Shown one piece after another: positions 24,139 through 36,610 of a stretch of DNA of 43,989 bases (its first letter is position 1; each line of letters begins with the position of its first letter). This DNA comes from Chiloscyllium plagiosum (taxonomy: Eukaryota): positions 24,701,604-24,745,592 of the forward strand of contig NC_057719.1 of assembly GCF_004010195.1 (NCBI RefSeq). Direction: 5' to 3'. Made by a program: the position numbers and the translations under genes. The notes under the pieces were generated by a model. The model did no database searches, was not told the DNA's origin, and saw only the letters and a program-made list of their open reading frames with translations.

Positions 24139-26378
24139 TTTTGCTGAAGCTCCTCGGATGCTGCCTGAATTGCTGTGCTCTTCCAGCACCATTGATCCAG
24201 AATCTGGTTTCCAGCATCTGCAGTCATTGTTTTTACCTTATCAACTTTTATAGTCAATGCCCTGACCAAAGTAGGCCAAGCCTACCATATGCCTTCTTTA
24301 CTACCTTATCCACTTATGTTGCCATTTTCAGAGAGCTATGGACTTGTGTCCCAAGACTTGAAATTTGTATATTAATATTTCTGAGGGTCCTGCCAATTTC
24401 TGTATGCTTTCATCTTGCATTTTATCTATGAGAATACATCACCTCACACTTGTCTGGATCAAACTCCAACAGCCCCTGCCCAACTTTCCAACAGATCTAT
24501 ATCCTGCTATATCTTTTGACAACCTTCCTCACTATCCACAATGCCACCAATTTTATGTAATCTGCATTCTACTAACATTTTCATCAAAATTCTTATATAC
24601 ATTACAAACAACAGAGGTCCCAGTGATGATCCTTGCTGAACATTACTGGTCAGAGTCCTCTGGTCAGAATAACACTCCTCCACAGCTACTCTCTGTCTTT
24701 TATGATCAAGCCAATTTTGCATCCAACTTACCAACTTGCCATGGATCCGATGTGACTTAATATTCTGAACTAGCCTACCATGAGGAACCTTGTCAAATGC
24801 TTTACTAAAATCCATGTAGACAATATCGACTGTCCTATCCTCATCAATCATCTTGGCCACTTCCTCAAAATGACAGAATTATGATCACTGTTCCCAAAAT
24901 GTTCTCCCACTGAAACTTGATCACTTGACCAGGCTCATTCCCCAATACAAGATCCAGTATGGCCCCTTCCCTAGCTGGACTATCAAATATTGTTTCAAGA
25001 GACGCTTCTGGGTGCACCTAACAAATTCTGTCCCATCTAGGCCGTTTCAGTAAGGGAGAGTCCCCATCAATACCGGGGAAGTTAAAATCACCCACAACAA
25101 CCACCTTGTTGCTTTTATACCTTCCAATGATCTGCCTACATGTCTGTCTCTCTATCTCCCCCTGGCCAATGGAAGCACTACAGTATCGCTCTATCATAGT
25201 GACTGCACCTTTTTTATTCCTCAGTTCCAGCCATATGAGCCCTCTAAGATGCTCTCTCTTAGTGCACCTGTGACCATCTCCTTAATCAATGATTCCTCCA
25301 CTCCCTTTACATCTCTCTCTATCATACCTGAAACATTTAAATCCTGGAACATTGAGTTGCTAGTCCTGTCTGTCTCTCATACCTCATACTACATCATACC
25401 TCCATGTACTAATGCAGGCTCTAAATCCGTCTGCCTTGCCTATTATACTTGTTGCATTAAAATAAATACATTCAAGACGCCAAACCCACTGTATTCATTA
25501 ACCTGGCCTTGCCTGTCTTCCTAATAGACTTACTGACCTAACCTCTATCTTCTCCTCAATCATTCCATATGCTGACATACCGCTCTAGTTTAGACCTCTT
25601 GAGTGGCCCAAGCAAACCTCCCTGCAAAGATATTGGTGCCCCTGCAGTTTAGGTGCAACCCATCCTTCTTGTAGATGTGCCTCCTGATCTGGAAGAGATC
25701 TTAATAATCCAGATATCTGAAGCTCTCCCTCTTACACTAGCTCCATGCATTCAACTGTATTGTCTTCCTAGTTCTGGCCTCAGAGATATCCTTGATCCTG
25801 GCACCAGATTTTATTTAACAAAGGATTTTTTAAAAAATCATGACAAAGCAACATCATCAGTAGAAAAGCAAATGTAAAATATATATTTTGTCATCCAGGT
25901 CTTCCTCAAGTCAATCACATTGTCTATGCTGAACACGCCAACATTGACTCAGTGAAGCAATCTCTTCATTAACATTGTGAGCTGATAATTGAGAGGAATC
26001 AAAATAGTAAAGGAGGCAGTCAACCTCTGTGGAAATAAGTACTCGTTCTTCAGTCAGGAAAACAAGCACAAATCACTGATTGCTAATAATTATTTAGATA
26101 TAAAATAATGTGATTTTGTACTAACTTCTATTTCACCCACAAGTGTTCACTCCCAATTAAATAACACCAGTGAGAAAAGTAGAAATCATCCATCAGCAAA
26201 AATTATACCATAACATTAATTATATTGTTAAATCAACAATAACATTCTTCAGAGGAGCAGATGCCTTCATAATTTAGAAAATGTGGTGCAGTAATTTGAA
26301 ATTAACAGTAAGTTCATAACAGGTTATTCTATGCAATTTTATATATACTATGTATACATGGCCGGATTGAATACTTAC

Positions 26379-26456
26379 TCCAGAAACAGATGCAATCATG
26401 TGTTTCTGTAGGATTGTTGATTCAGCTATTTTTGTTCCAGCATCTGCACAAACAAA
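26379..26456 (-). CDS. unc79: unc79 coding exon: FVCADAGTKIAESTILQKHMIASVSG
   Basis: CTAG acceptor, GGA|GTAAGT donor; 78 nt = 26 codons. Confidence 0.94.
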
Positions 26457-28793
26457 CTAGTGAGAATGACAGAGAGGTCCATTAGTTTAGATATCAGCCT
26501 TCAAGCCATTTATTCACATTCTCATTATTCTGTAACTGCAACCTTCAAATGTCAGTTGCATATATCACTCCTGTACAAGGTTGTCACTTACTTCAGTTAT
26601 AACACAGGTAAATTATAGCTTAGTTGTTCCAGTAAATTTATTTGATTTTCTTTTCCTTTAAACAGGAATGACATGTGCTGTGATTGTGACCATGGTATGT
26701 TACGAATCATGTTCCTCGAAGATCACAAGATAACTATGGTTGACGGTGGTCATTCAGTGCTTCTAAATTTGTTTATCCAGAAGATCTTCACAGTTCCCCA
26801 CATCTCAGTATCTAACTGCTTTGCAGATGTTTCTAGGGGTGTGATTCTGCTAGTCAATATCTGTTGCTTGTGTAGGGAATAGGAACATCTCCAATTTTTC
26901 CCTACAATGTAAATCTTTAACCCTGCATATCTGTATTGAGTTTTCACTACGCTGTTCCAACACTTGGGTTTCTCTCTTGTGTTCCAGACATTCTATGCAA
27001 AGTGTAGACTTACCAGAGCTCTGTACAGTTAGATTATGATTTCCTCTGAATTAAAGGCTTGCAAATTAACAGTGGCTTTGCTAATTTTTGCTGGGTATTC
27101 ATTAGATATATTTAATGCTCAGCCAACTAATACTTCTAGATATTTTCAAATTCATTCTTAGCTATTTGAATTTCATTCATAGAAGACATTTGTTGCTTAT
27201 TTTCCCTTCCAATTTGCAACATGTTATATTTACCTGCATTTCAAATACTTTGTCCACTATTTCTATTGCTCCTTTCAATCTGGCAACAAGAGCACATTCA
27301 ACCATTTTGTTCTGCCCATCTAGAAACAGATGCCAAAACCCAGCTCTTTACTACTTCGCTTGACCTATAATCACTTCAGTGCTATCAAATTGTCTGGCCA
27401 TCATCAAGTCAAGGCTGAGTGAAAATGTTCTCCAGCTAAATGTCAGGAAGAATCAAAATTATTTTTGTTCCCCTCCATAAAAGCTGTTCCCTTGTCCCTT
27501 ACTCTGTCCCCTTCCCATGTGATTAAGCTCAATAGATCTTTCAAACTGGCACATGATTTTGGGTCAGAACTATAATATGAAAAGTCCACATCCCTTATCC
27601 CATTAAGTCCACTTTGTATCACACCCTGAACACTGCCTCTCTGCCAAAACATTCAACCTTTTGTCTTCTCTTCACTTGTTTTCTCAATTGCACCCTTATT
27701 GGGTCCCTTTCCTGCACCCTCCATAAACGCTTGAACTCTGTTGTACGTAACCTATTCTGCTGCAAGTTCTATTCTCCCATGAATCTGTTCTCACTAGCTC
27801 ACACTGCCTCCTAAAACATTCAACTTAAAACTTCCCTAATCTTCAAATCCTTCTATGGTCTTTAGTTGTCCTATCTCTGGATGCTCCAGCTATGGTTTCC
27901 GCTTGTCGCACCCTAGGTACAGCCTTCAGCCCCAGTTCTCACTTCCTCTTCATGAAACTGGTTACATGAAACCCCTCTGCTTCTTGACAGTTTTCTCCAC
28001 TTTTAAGAACCTAAGGATTACTTAAATATTCAGATCTCCATGATGTCATCAGTATGCAAAACCCTGAGCAGGGGAGAGCAGCTATAGTTTCTGAAAATGA
28101 GAAACCCATCGTCAGATGAATGACGGTTTAGAAAAGACACAGAAGTTAAGCTTTATTTTAGATATGTTTGTGGGTCAGAATGCTCAGGAATGTACATTGT
28201 GCCCTCAAAGGGACTCCCTTGTGTAAATCATCCACACCCTACCCCAACCTGATTATGTCACCAACATTTCCCACATCTAATCATAGTTGGAGCCTTCCCC
28301 AAATTCCTGAGGTTGGTCAGAGCCAGCCTTCCCCCAAGGTGATTGCAGCCAGATCCTTCCCTATCCTTCAGTGATCACTGGGGCAAGTTCACAAATGTTT
28401 CTACTGCCTACCTCTACCCTGTGGCCAGTTATTCTACTTTCTTGAAGTGTTCTGGCTATACTCTCCAGGCTCTAAGCCTTGTCAGATTTATCACCCATGG
28501 TCACTATTGGATTCTTGCACACCTCTCCCACCAAAAAAAAAGCCTGTGTGCTCTGAAAATTTGTTGCATAACAAAACAATATCAAACTCAATTAATTTTA
28601 CAATGGCTACTCATGCATTAATTTGGCTGTCTGTTTATAATCAAATAATTTCTTACCACAGTCTTTAAGAAATGTTGCTAGAACAAAATCATTACAGTTA
28701 GAAATTTGAAAATAATTTATTCAGCAAGTTATAGTTAGAATTTTCTGAAAAATGAATTGCCTCCTAACATAGAATATTTGACCAAAACTTTAC

Positions 28794-28898
28794 CTGCACC
28801 AGCAACAATAGATTGGTGTCTGGTAATGGTGACTTTAGCTTCAGTGCTTGTAACAATTCCAATACAACACTTCGTGAGAGGTAGAATTTATCCCGTTC
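28794..28898 (-). CDS. unc79: unc79 coding exon: ERDKFYLSRSVVLELLQALKLKSPLPDTNLLLLVQ
   Basis: CTTGCAG acceptor, CAG|GTAAAG donor; 105 nt = 35 codons. Confidence 0.96.
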
Positions 28899-29096
28899 CT
28901 GCAAGACACAAGCACAAGATATTACAAAATCCATGAGACACTTTGATGACTTTCAAACAGCTTGCTAAGCATCTATTACTGACCATCTATTACTATTCTA
29001 TGTTATAAGAAGTCTGATGCATTCAAGGACCACAAATACATGAGAAAACCTAGAATTATCAATTTTCATAGAAGAGAAACAATGGCCTCATTTTAC

Positions 29097-29207
29097 CTTA
29101 TTGAATGCTCGATGACACAAACCACACAATTCAACAAGATACGCAAGGCTGAAGACTCCATTCTGAATTATAAAACTCAGCAATTTGGAAAATGGCTCCA
29201 AAAGGCT
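29097..29207 (-). CDS. unc79: unc79 coding exon: SLLEPFSKLLSFIIQNGVFSLAYLVELCGLCHRAFNK
   Basis: TAG acceptor, AAG|GTAAAA donor; 111 nt = 37 codons. Confidence 0.95.
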
Positions 29208-29344
29208 CTATAATCAAACATAATGAAAAATTAGGGAGTAAGACATCAAGTTAATTTAGAGCTAAAATAAATCTTACACGCAGAAATGGGAAAAATACAA
29301 CAGACTACAATCAGATGAGGAAGACCACCTATGCTTGGAATGCA

Positions 29345-31025
29345 GGAGACTGGGGGGAGGGATACTAAATGACTGTTTTGCAGCAGTATTTACTGTGGAG
29401 AAGGATATGGAAGATCGAGAACTTGAGAAAAGAAATAGCGACATCTTGAAAAATGTCCACATTACAGAGGAGGTGGTGCTGGATAGCTTAAAATTCATAA
29501 AGGTGGATAAATTCCTGGGACCTGATGAGGTACCTTACAACTCTGTGGAAAGCTAGGGAAGTGATTGCTGGACCTCTTGCTGAGATATTTGTACCATCGA
29601 TAGCCACAGATGAGAAAACTAGAAGTTGGCTAACATGGTGTCACTATTTAAGATAGGTGGTAAGGAAAAGCCAGGGAACTAAAGACTGGTGAGCCTGACA
29701 TTGGTGGTGGGCACGTTGTTGGAAGGAATTCTGAGGGACAGGATTTGCATGTATTTGGAAAGGCAAGGACTAATTAAGGATAGTCAACATTGCTTTGTAT
29801 GTGGAAAATCATGTCTCACTTACATGATGGAATTTTTAGAAGTGATGAAGAGGATTGATGAGGGCAGAACAGTGAATATGATCTATATGTACTTCAGCAG
29901 GGCATTTGACAAGGTTCTTCATGGTAGACTGGCTATCAAAGTTAGATCATATGGAATACAGAGAGAACTAATCATTTGGACATAGAACTGGCTTGACGGT
30001 AGAAGACAGAGGGTGGTGGCGGAGATTTGCTTTTCAGATTGGAGGCCTGTGACCAGCAGTGTGCCACAGGATCAGTGCTGGGTCCACTGCTTTTCATCAT
30101 TTATACCAATGATTTGGACACGAACAAAGGAGGTATGGTTCATAAGTTTGCAGATAACACCAAAATTGGAGGCGTAGTGGACAGCGAAGAAGATTACCTC
30201 AGAGTACAACGAGATCTTGATCAGATAGGACAATGGGTCAAGGAGCAGCAGATGGAATTTAATTTAGATAAGTTTATTTTACGTAAAAGGCAAATCAGAC
30301 CAGAACTTTTACACTTAATAGTAAGGTCCTAGGGAGTGTTGCTGAACAAAGAGACCCTGGAATGCAGGTTCATTGTTCCTTGAAAGTGTTGTCTCAGATA
30401 GACAGGACAGTGAAGAAGGTGTTTGGTAAGCTTGCCTTTATTGGTCAATGCATTAAGCATTGGGAGGTCCTGTACAGGACATTGGTTAGTCCACTTTTAG
30501 AATACTGTGTGCAATTCTGGTCTCTCATCTATTGGAGGGATATAGTGAAACTTGAAATGGTTCAGAAAAGATTTACAAGAAGGTTGCCAATGTTGGAGGG
30601 TTTGAGCTATAGGGAGAGGCTGAATAGGCTCAGGCTATTTTCCATGCAGCATTGGAGGCTGAGGGGTGACTTTACAAAGATTTATAAAATCATGAGGGGC
30701 ATAGCTAGAATGAATAGACAAGGTATTTTCCCCTGGTTGGATGAGTCCAAAACTAAAGGGCATAGGTTTATGGTGAGAGGGGAAGGTTTAAAAGGGACCT
30801 AAGGGGCAACTTGTTTACACAGAGGATTGTGCATGTATAGAATGTGCTGCCAGAGGAAGTGGTGATACAATTACAACATTTAACTGGATGGGTACATGAA
30901 TAGGAAGGATTTAGAGGGATATGGACCAAATGCTGGCAAATGGATTAGATTTATTTAGGATATCTAGTTGGCGTGGATGAGTTGGACTGAAAGGTCTGTT
31001 TCCATGCTGTATAGCTCTATGACTC
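29345..31025 (+). mobile_element. CR1/HER1-type LINE, 5'-truncated, frameshifted RT
   Basis: YFSRAFDKVLHGRL, GSVLGPLLFIIYTNDLD, KFADNTKIGG, LEYCVQFWS in ORFs 29689..30802; 3' end ..GGTCTGTTTCCATGCTGTATAGCTCTATGACTCT. Confidence 0.93.
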
Positions 31026-31949
31026 TCCAGTCTATTATTACAAATTCATATCACAATAAATTTGTGTAGCTTGTATGGTAAGAATTAGAATATCATATTG
31101 CAAGCAGTTTAGTTTGAAAATTTCCCTGAAGGGGTTATTTCAAGCTAAGAAAGTTTAAGATCAGTTTAAGATCAAATTTAAGGAAGAGGCAATTAGGTTT
31201 TCAGGTCCTGGAAATGTGCATCCATTAAGTTAAATGCTATGGTTCTGATAGAAAAGGGAATTCACTTCTCATGTGAGTACTATAAAGAAATATGGTTGAG
31301 ATTAATGGGATTGTAATTTACTTCGTGTTTCCAGAAACTCCATACTTGTGCTATATGTAACACATATTATTTGGTTTATTCTAGTTTGTTTTTCTTTTGC
31401 ACAATAATTTCTGCTTTATTGTTAAAACTGAGTCTGCAGCATTAAGTGTTTATATTTCAGTCAAATACCACTCTGTTACAACCAAAAGAAAATTCCATAA
31501 TCTCTCAAAAGAGATTTCAATCTGGGATCAGATTTGATCAGTAATAACATTAGCTTGGATCCTAACAGTGCAGCCTTCTAACAAGATGTCACCAGGCACG
31601 GGCCACACACACAGACAAACAATAGCCCCCAGCAGGCAGCTTAGAGACCAATGAGTAAAGGACCAGTGGCACAAACATGCCTCCACACTCAAAAGTCAAT
31701 TACAAATGGTATTGTAAATAGAATGGTACCTTTTTGTGGTTTTTTTTATTTTAATAGTTATATAATTTACCAGTGTGAGAATTTAGCCATTTACAGTTCT
31801 ATATTTCAGCTTACAGGGTACAGGTATGGCCCTGCAGAATCAAGGGAATCAATGTTTCACTTAAAGTCGTTCTGCTTATAGTGATGATTTCAGGAACACA
31901 ACCACAACTTCAAGTGAGACCTTCCTGTAATTTTTTTAAAACAATTCTA

Positions 31950-32280
31950 TTGGGATGGCATGGTGGTTAACAACACCAGGGACCCGGGTTCAATTCCAGC
32001 CTTGGGAGACTGTCTGTGTGGAGTTTGCACATTCTCCCAGTGTCTGTGTGGGTTTCATGCAGGTGCTCCAGCTTCCTCCCACAGTCCAAAGATGTGCAGG
32101 TTAGGCCAAGTTAAACTGCCCACAGTGTCAGGGGATATGCTTGTTAGGTGGATTAGCCATGGGAAATGCAGGGTTACAGGAATGAGAGGGATGGTGAGTC
32201 TGGATGTGATGCTCTTCAGAAGGTTGGTGTGGACTTGTTGGGGCAATTTGCCTAATTTTTCACTGTAGGGATTCTATTCT
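31950..32280 (+). mobile_element. HE1-type V-SINE (older copy)
   Basis: GACCCGGGTTCAATTCC B box, V-domain, (ATTCT)n tail. Confidence 0.88.
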
Positions 32281-33160
32281 GTTGTGAAGTGGTCCTAACA
32301 CTTTTCCACATTCTGAGGTCCTGACCTCTGTGGTGCTGCTGTGAGGAGGCACAGAGGCCAGGCATCTACCCATCGTTGAGAAATTCAAAGCAGATTTACT
32401 TGTGCATCATCTAACAAACACTTAGAGAAGTACTAGCTGAGACCATTATAAATCATTTATCCCTTTCGGGTTACAATATGATATTTGGCAAATGAGTTGC
32501 CTGCAAAGAACATGAAAGCAGACATGAAGCATACGTTGCATCTGTTTTTATCAAAAAGGACGATTCTACCTTGGTTATAATGAGAAAGGAAATTCAGTCC
32601 CTACAAAGATTATAATTAATAACGAGGATGTATTGTATAGACTGACTGTTCTTAAAGCTGACAAGGCACTGGGACAAGATGAGATATTGAGATTAGTGTG
32701 AATGAAAATCGCAGAGGCACTGACAACGATTTTTCAGTCTTCCCTAGATTCAGCCCAGGACTGGAGAATTGCAAATTTTACATCTCTGTTCAAAACATGG
32801 GTGCAAGGAAAGCCAAGTAACTACAGATCAGTCAGTTTAACAGCAGTGGTTTGGTGAACTTCTGGAAGCAATAACCTGGGACAAAATTAATAATCAGACG
32901 AAAAAATGCAGATTAATTAAGGAGAGCCAGCATTGGTTTCTTTGGCGAAAGTCATATTTGACTAACAAACGAGTGTTTTGATGAGATAGGGTTGATGAGG
33001 GCAATAATGTTGGTATGCTGTTCATGGGCTTTAAGAAAGAATCTGACATAGTGCTGCACAAAAGACCTGTGAGCAAAGTTAAAGCCCATAGTATAAAAGA
33101 GATAGTAGCAATAAGAAAGCAAACTTGCTTGAGTTGATAGGAAGCAAACAGTACTGATTA

Positions 33161-33636
33161 ATCTGGATGTAGGTTTGCTCCCTGAGCTGGAAGGTTTATT
33201 TCTAGATGTTTCATCACTCTACTAGGTAACATCTTCAGTGGGCCTCCAGGCGAAGCACTGTTGATAATTCCTGCTTTCTATTTATATGTTTGGGTTGGTG
33301 ATGTCATTTCTGGTGATGTCATTTCCTGTCCTTTTTCTCCAACGGAACTCTATCAACAAACACATTGAGTTACACCCCATCTACCACCCCCTGAGAAAAG
33401 GAACAGGAATAGACATCACCACATGAAATGATGTCACCACAGGAAATTACATCACCAACCATAGAAACCCAAACATATAAATAGAAAGCAGGAATTATCA
33501 ACAGTGCTTTGCCCGAAGCCCACTGAAGATGTTACCTAGTAGGGTGACGAAACATCTAGAAATGAACCTTCCAGATCAGGGAGCAAACCTACATCTAGAA
33601 CCTCAACCTGAGCTAAAAATCTTCGCAAAATTCACT
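33161..33636 (+). mobile_element. Fold-back Penelope-like insertion with 12-bp TSD
   Basis: Inverted arms 33162-33339 and 33393-33599; spacer encodes RNSINKHIELHPIYHPL (PLE ORF C-terminus-like); TSD CAGTACTGATTA at 33149-33160 and 33637-33648. Confidence 0.88.
33521..33559 (+). ncRNA. Hammerhead motif in PLE arm (mirror copy at 33205-33238, minus)
   Basis: CTGAAGA-T-GTTACC-TAGTAG-GGTGAC-GAAA-CATC; stem III reads ACAT rather than palindromic ACGT, so probably decayed. Confidence 0.55.
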
Positions 33637-34262
33637 CAGTACTGATTAGTTTATGATTTAAAACTGAAGGAAGATTTGTAGTTGAGTTCGCCAGGAGTCA
33701 CTATTGGCATTCTTGCTTTTCCTGATAATATATTAATGATATAGACTTTGGGCACAGTTTCAAATTTGCAGATGATAGGAAACTTGGGAGCACTGCAAAC
33801 CATGAGGACAGTGTGGAATTTCAAAAGGACACAGACATATTGGTGGAGTGGATGGGTAATTGCCTTATGATGTTCAATGTAGAGATTTGTGAGATGATGC
33901 ATTTTATTAGAAAATGCATGCAGACACAATATAAAATAAAGGATACAATTATTAAGTGTGTGCAAGAACTGAGGTTTGGGTGTACATGTAACTCATTAAA
34001 TGTGGAAGGCTCGATTAAGAGAGAAACTAAGAAAGCATACAGTTTCCTCAACTTTATTAACAGGTGTACAGACTACAAGAATAAGAAAGTTATGTTGAAC
34101 ATGTATAAGACACAAGTTTGGCCTCAGCTAGAGTATTAAATCTAGTTCTGGGCACCACACTTCAAGTCTGAGAGAATGCAGATGTGGTTTACAAAAGTTG
34201 TTTCAGGAATGAGAAATTTCATCTACATAGATAATTCAGAAAAGCTGGGACTGTTCTCCTTC

Positions 34263-34532
34263 AGAGTACTGTGTTCAGTTTTGGTCACCTTGCCATAGGA
34301 AGGATGTTATTAAACTGGAAAAAGAGTGCAGAAGAAATTTACAAGTTAGGTGCAAGGATTCAAGGGTCTGAGGTTAGACAAGCTAGGACTTCTTTCTTTA
34401 GAGCATAGGAGACTGAGAGGGGATCTTATATATGTGTATAAGATCATGAAAGGCATGGATAGGGTGAATACAGTCAACCTCTTTCCCAAGGATGGGGAAT
34501 GGAGGAATGGAGGGCATCGGTTTAAGGTCAGA
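34263..34532 (+). mobile_element. Second CR1-type 3' fragment
   Basis: EYCVQFWSP..., LDKLGLLSLEHRRLRGDLIYVYKIMKG (ORF 34350..34544). Confidence 0.85.
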
Positions 34533-34709
34533 TGTCCCCTATAAAATGAGGTTAGGGCAGGAACACAAAACTATCCCTGCTTCGTCATGTTTTTTCTTAG
34601 TCAGGTTGAGTCCAGTAGACACCTCACATCCATGTGGTGAGAAAGAAATTGAGTTAATTATGAAGGCAATTAAGAGCTTCTGGCCAATACCACATGGGTT
34701 CCATGCTAT

Positions 34710-34915
34710 AAATAAAGGAACAGGAGTAGGCCATTCAGCTTATCGAGCTGTTCTGATTTCAATGAGATCATGGCTGATCTCTGGCCTAACTCCATACATC
34801 TGCCTTTGGCCAATATCTCTTAAAAACTTTGCTTAACAAAAATTGTCTATCTCAGATTTAAAATTAACATTTGATCCAGCATCCACTGTCATTTGTGGAC
34901 GGTAGTTCCAAGTCT
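34710..34915 (-). mobile_element. CR1-type LINE 3' end
   Basis: GGAACAGGAGTAGGCCATTCAGC...ATCATGGCTGATC matches the 43150 copy end. Confidence 0.75.
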
Positions 34916-35634
34916 TGCCTGCTTTGTGAGAATGGTTAGCCACTTCTTCTTGTCATTAAGAAAAATGACTTATGCTCTTGTCCTCACTGCACTACTGACC
35001 ATCTCCAAAGAGGAATATGTGTCTGTCTACTTCCATCCTGAAGCTGTTTTTAACCTTGCCACTGGATTGCTGCAATTACAGTTGCCATTCTGAGAATTGC
35101 CAAAGTTCTTTAATCAGAAATTCTTCAATGTTGCTGTAGGAATATTTTGATCAGTCAGGGAGACTAAGCTGGGTTGCTGGTGTGGTGACGGGTATAGTAT
35201 TGGTAGTGTGCTGGTGATAATTAGTGCACTCTGGGAAAGAGCAGCAGCAAGGCAAGAAAAGCAAAGTCAGAATCCCACCCCATAAATGGTTCTGTTATTC
35301 AGATTGCAACTGAGCAAGGAGACAAGGAGCAAAACAAGGATGGAAATTTCCACACAGCGGCTTTTACCCCATTACTGTAAATTCAGGGGAAATGTAATGA
35401 AAACTGACTTTATGAACATAGAAGGGGTTTTCACTGCAGTTACAGTGAGGTTGTGGCAGAAAAGTGGAGCAGCTCAGATGAAACTCCCACCAAAGATTAA
35501 AAACCAAGATTCTCAGTAAGAGGCATAGATTTAAAACTGAAAAGGTACCAACAACACAAAATAAATAAGAAAAACACTGCACAGAGGTAGCACAGAATAA
35601 ATATATGAAGAAACTAGAAACTGAATTGAAACTG

Positions 35635-35830
35635 AACCCTCCAAGCCACCCACCATCCTGACTTGGAAATATGTTGCCACTCCTTCATTGTCATTGGTGC
35701 AAAATCCTGGGATTTCCTCCCTAATAATATTGTGAGTCTACCTACAGCACAGGGATTACAGTGGTTCAAGAAGATAGATTTACCTTCTTGAGCAACTAGG
35801 AGTGGCCAGCCAGTGATGCTCATGTCTCAT
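35635..35830 (+). mobile_element. LINE 3' tail (family of 10336-10606)
   Basis: CCATCCTGACTTGGAAATAT...CAAAATCCTGG..TTCCTCCCTAA...GGTTCAAGAAG. Confidence 0.7.
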
Positions 35831-35894
35831 GAGTAACTAATAAGAATTAGAGCAAAAAATTCCTAAAAATAAGATATGTAAAAATCAACATCAA

Positions 35895-36382
35895 AAAGTG
35901 TGGCACTGGAAAAACGCAGCAGGTCAGGTAGCATCCAATGATTAGGAGAATCAAAGTTTCAGGCATAAGCCCTTAATCAGGAATGGGGAGAGGGCACCAA
36001 GGGGACTGAGAGATAAATAGGAGGGGCGTGTGGCTTGGGAAAGGTAGCTGGGAAGGTGATAGGTAGATGAAGATGGGGGTTTATGGTGATAGGTCAGAGC
36101 AGAGGGTGGAGCAGATAGGTGGGAAGGAAGATGGACAGGGAGGACAGTTCAAGAGGGTGGTGCTGAGTTGGATGGTTGGATCTGGGATAAGGTGGGGACA
36201 GGGAAGATGAGGCAGTTGATGAAATTGACATTGATGCCGAGTGGTTGGAGGATCCCAAGGTGGAAGATGAGGTGTTCTTCCTCCAGGAGTCAGGTGGCTT
36301 GGATTTGGCCTTGGAGGCAGCCTAAGACTTGCATATCCTTGGCAGAATGGGAGGGGGAGTTAAAGTGGTCAGCCACAGGGCC
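35895..36382 (-). mobile_element. Penelope-like element 3' fragment (GIY-YIG endonuclease C-terminus + pLTR)
   Basis: Minus strand PVADHFNSPSHSAKDMQVLG...LEEEHLIFHLGILQPLGIN; pyrimidine-rich 3' UTR; decayed hammerhead CTGATTA..GAAACTTT at 35980-35953. Confidence 0.85.
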
Positions 36383-36541
36383 TACAGCAGAATAACAAAA
36401 GCAAAATAGTGAAAGGTAAACTTTAAAAGAGAGCAAAGAGTGAAAAGTAGCTTTAAAAAATTGCATGTGTTCCTCTTGGGAAAATAAAATCCACTATCAA
36501 GTCATAAAATATTTTAATAAGCCACACTAGCACTAGCTTAC

Positions 36542-36610
36542 CCTTGTTGCACTTGTGGTAGGTATCTTGAGAAGACATATCATGATTGCTAAACTAGAAT
36601 CCAAGCAGCA
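36542..36610 (-). CDS. unc79: unc79 coding exon: CCLDSSLAIMICLLKIPTTSATR
   Basis: TTTGCAG acceptor, AGG|GTAAGC donor; 69 nt = 23 codons; continues the UNC79 peptide in phase 0. Confidence 0.94.

Larger units (their letters stand above)
22992..24236 (+). mobile_element. Penelope-like element (RT fragment + 3' pLTR) with 11-bp TSD
   Basis: INFTNTFHP..SHSYLDYTSSHPISCKNAIPYSQFLRL..IC is the PLE RT/thumb signature; TSD CTTATCAACTT at 22981-22991 and 24237-24247. Confidence 0.9.
22410..25790 (-). mobile_element. CR1-type LINE, internally deleted, interrupted at 22992-24236
   Basis: YCVQFWPPHYKKNVEDIERVQKRL (22726-22944), VDIVYMDFSKAFDKVPHGRL and QGSSLGPLLF (24507-24860), ORF1 esterase-like YKKDGLHLN at about 25650-25680. 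Confidence 0.9.
32530..34262 (+). mobile_element. Old CR1-type LINE, interrupted at 33161-33636
   Basis: Decayed DWRIAN, NYRSVSLT, SKFADDRKLG, FNVEICEMMHF, PQLEY motifs in collinear order. Confidence 0.85.

Noticed and set aside
23482..24147. Long ORFs of 146-221 aa in the ORF track
   Set aside because: They are mostly X residues spanning the N gap.
26666..26694. Plus-strand micro-exon with strong acceptor and GTATGT donor
   Set aside because: Isolated 29-nt candidate with no partner exons or coding support; expected by chance in 44 kb.
29689..30802. Active reverse-transcriptase gene
   Set aside because: CR1 ORF2 is broken by several frameshifts and stops and is 5'-truncated.
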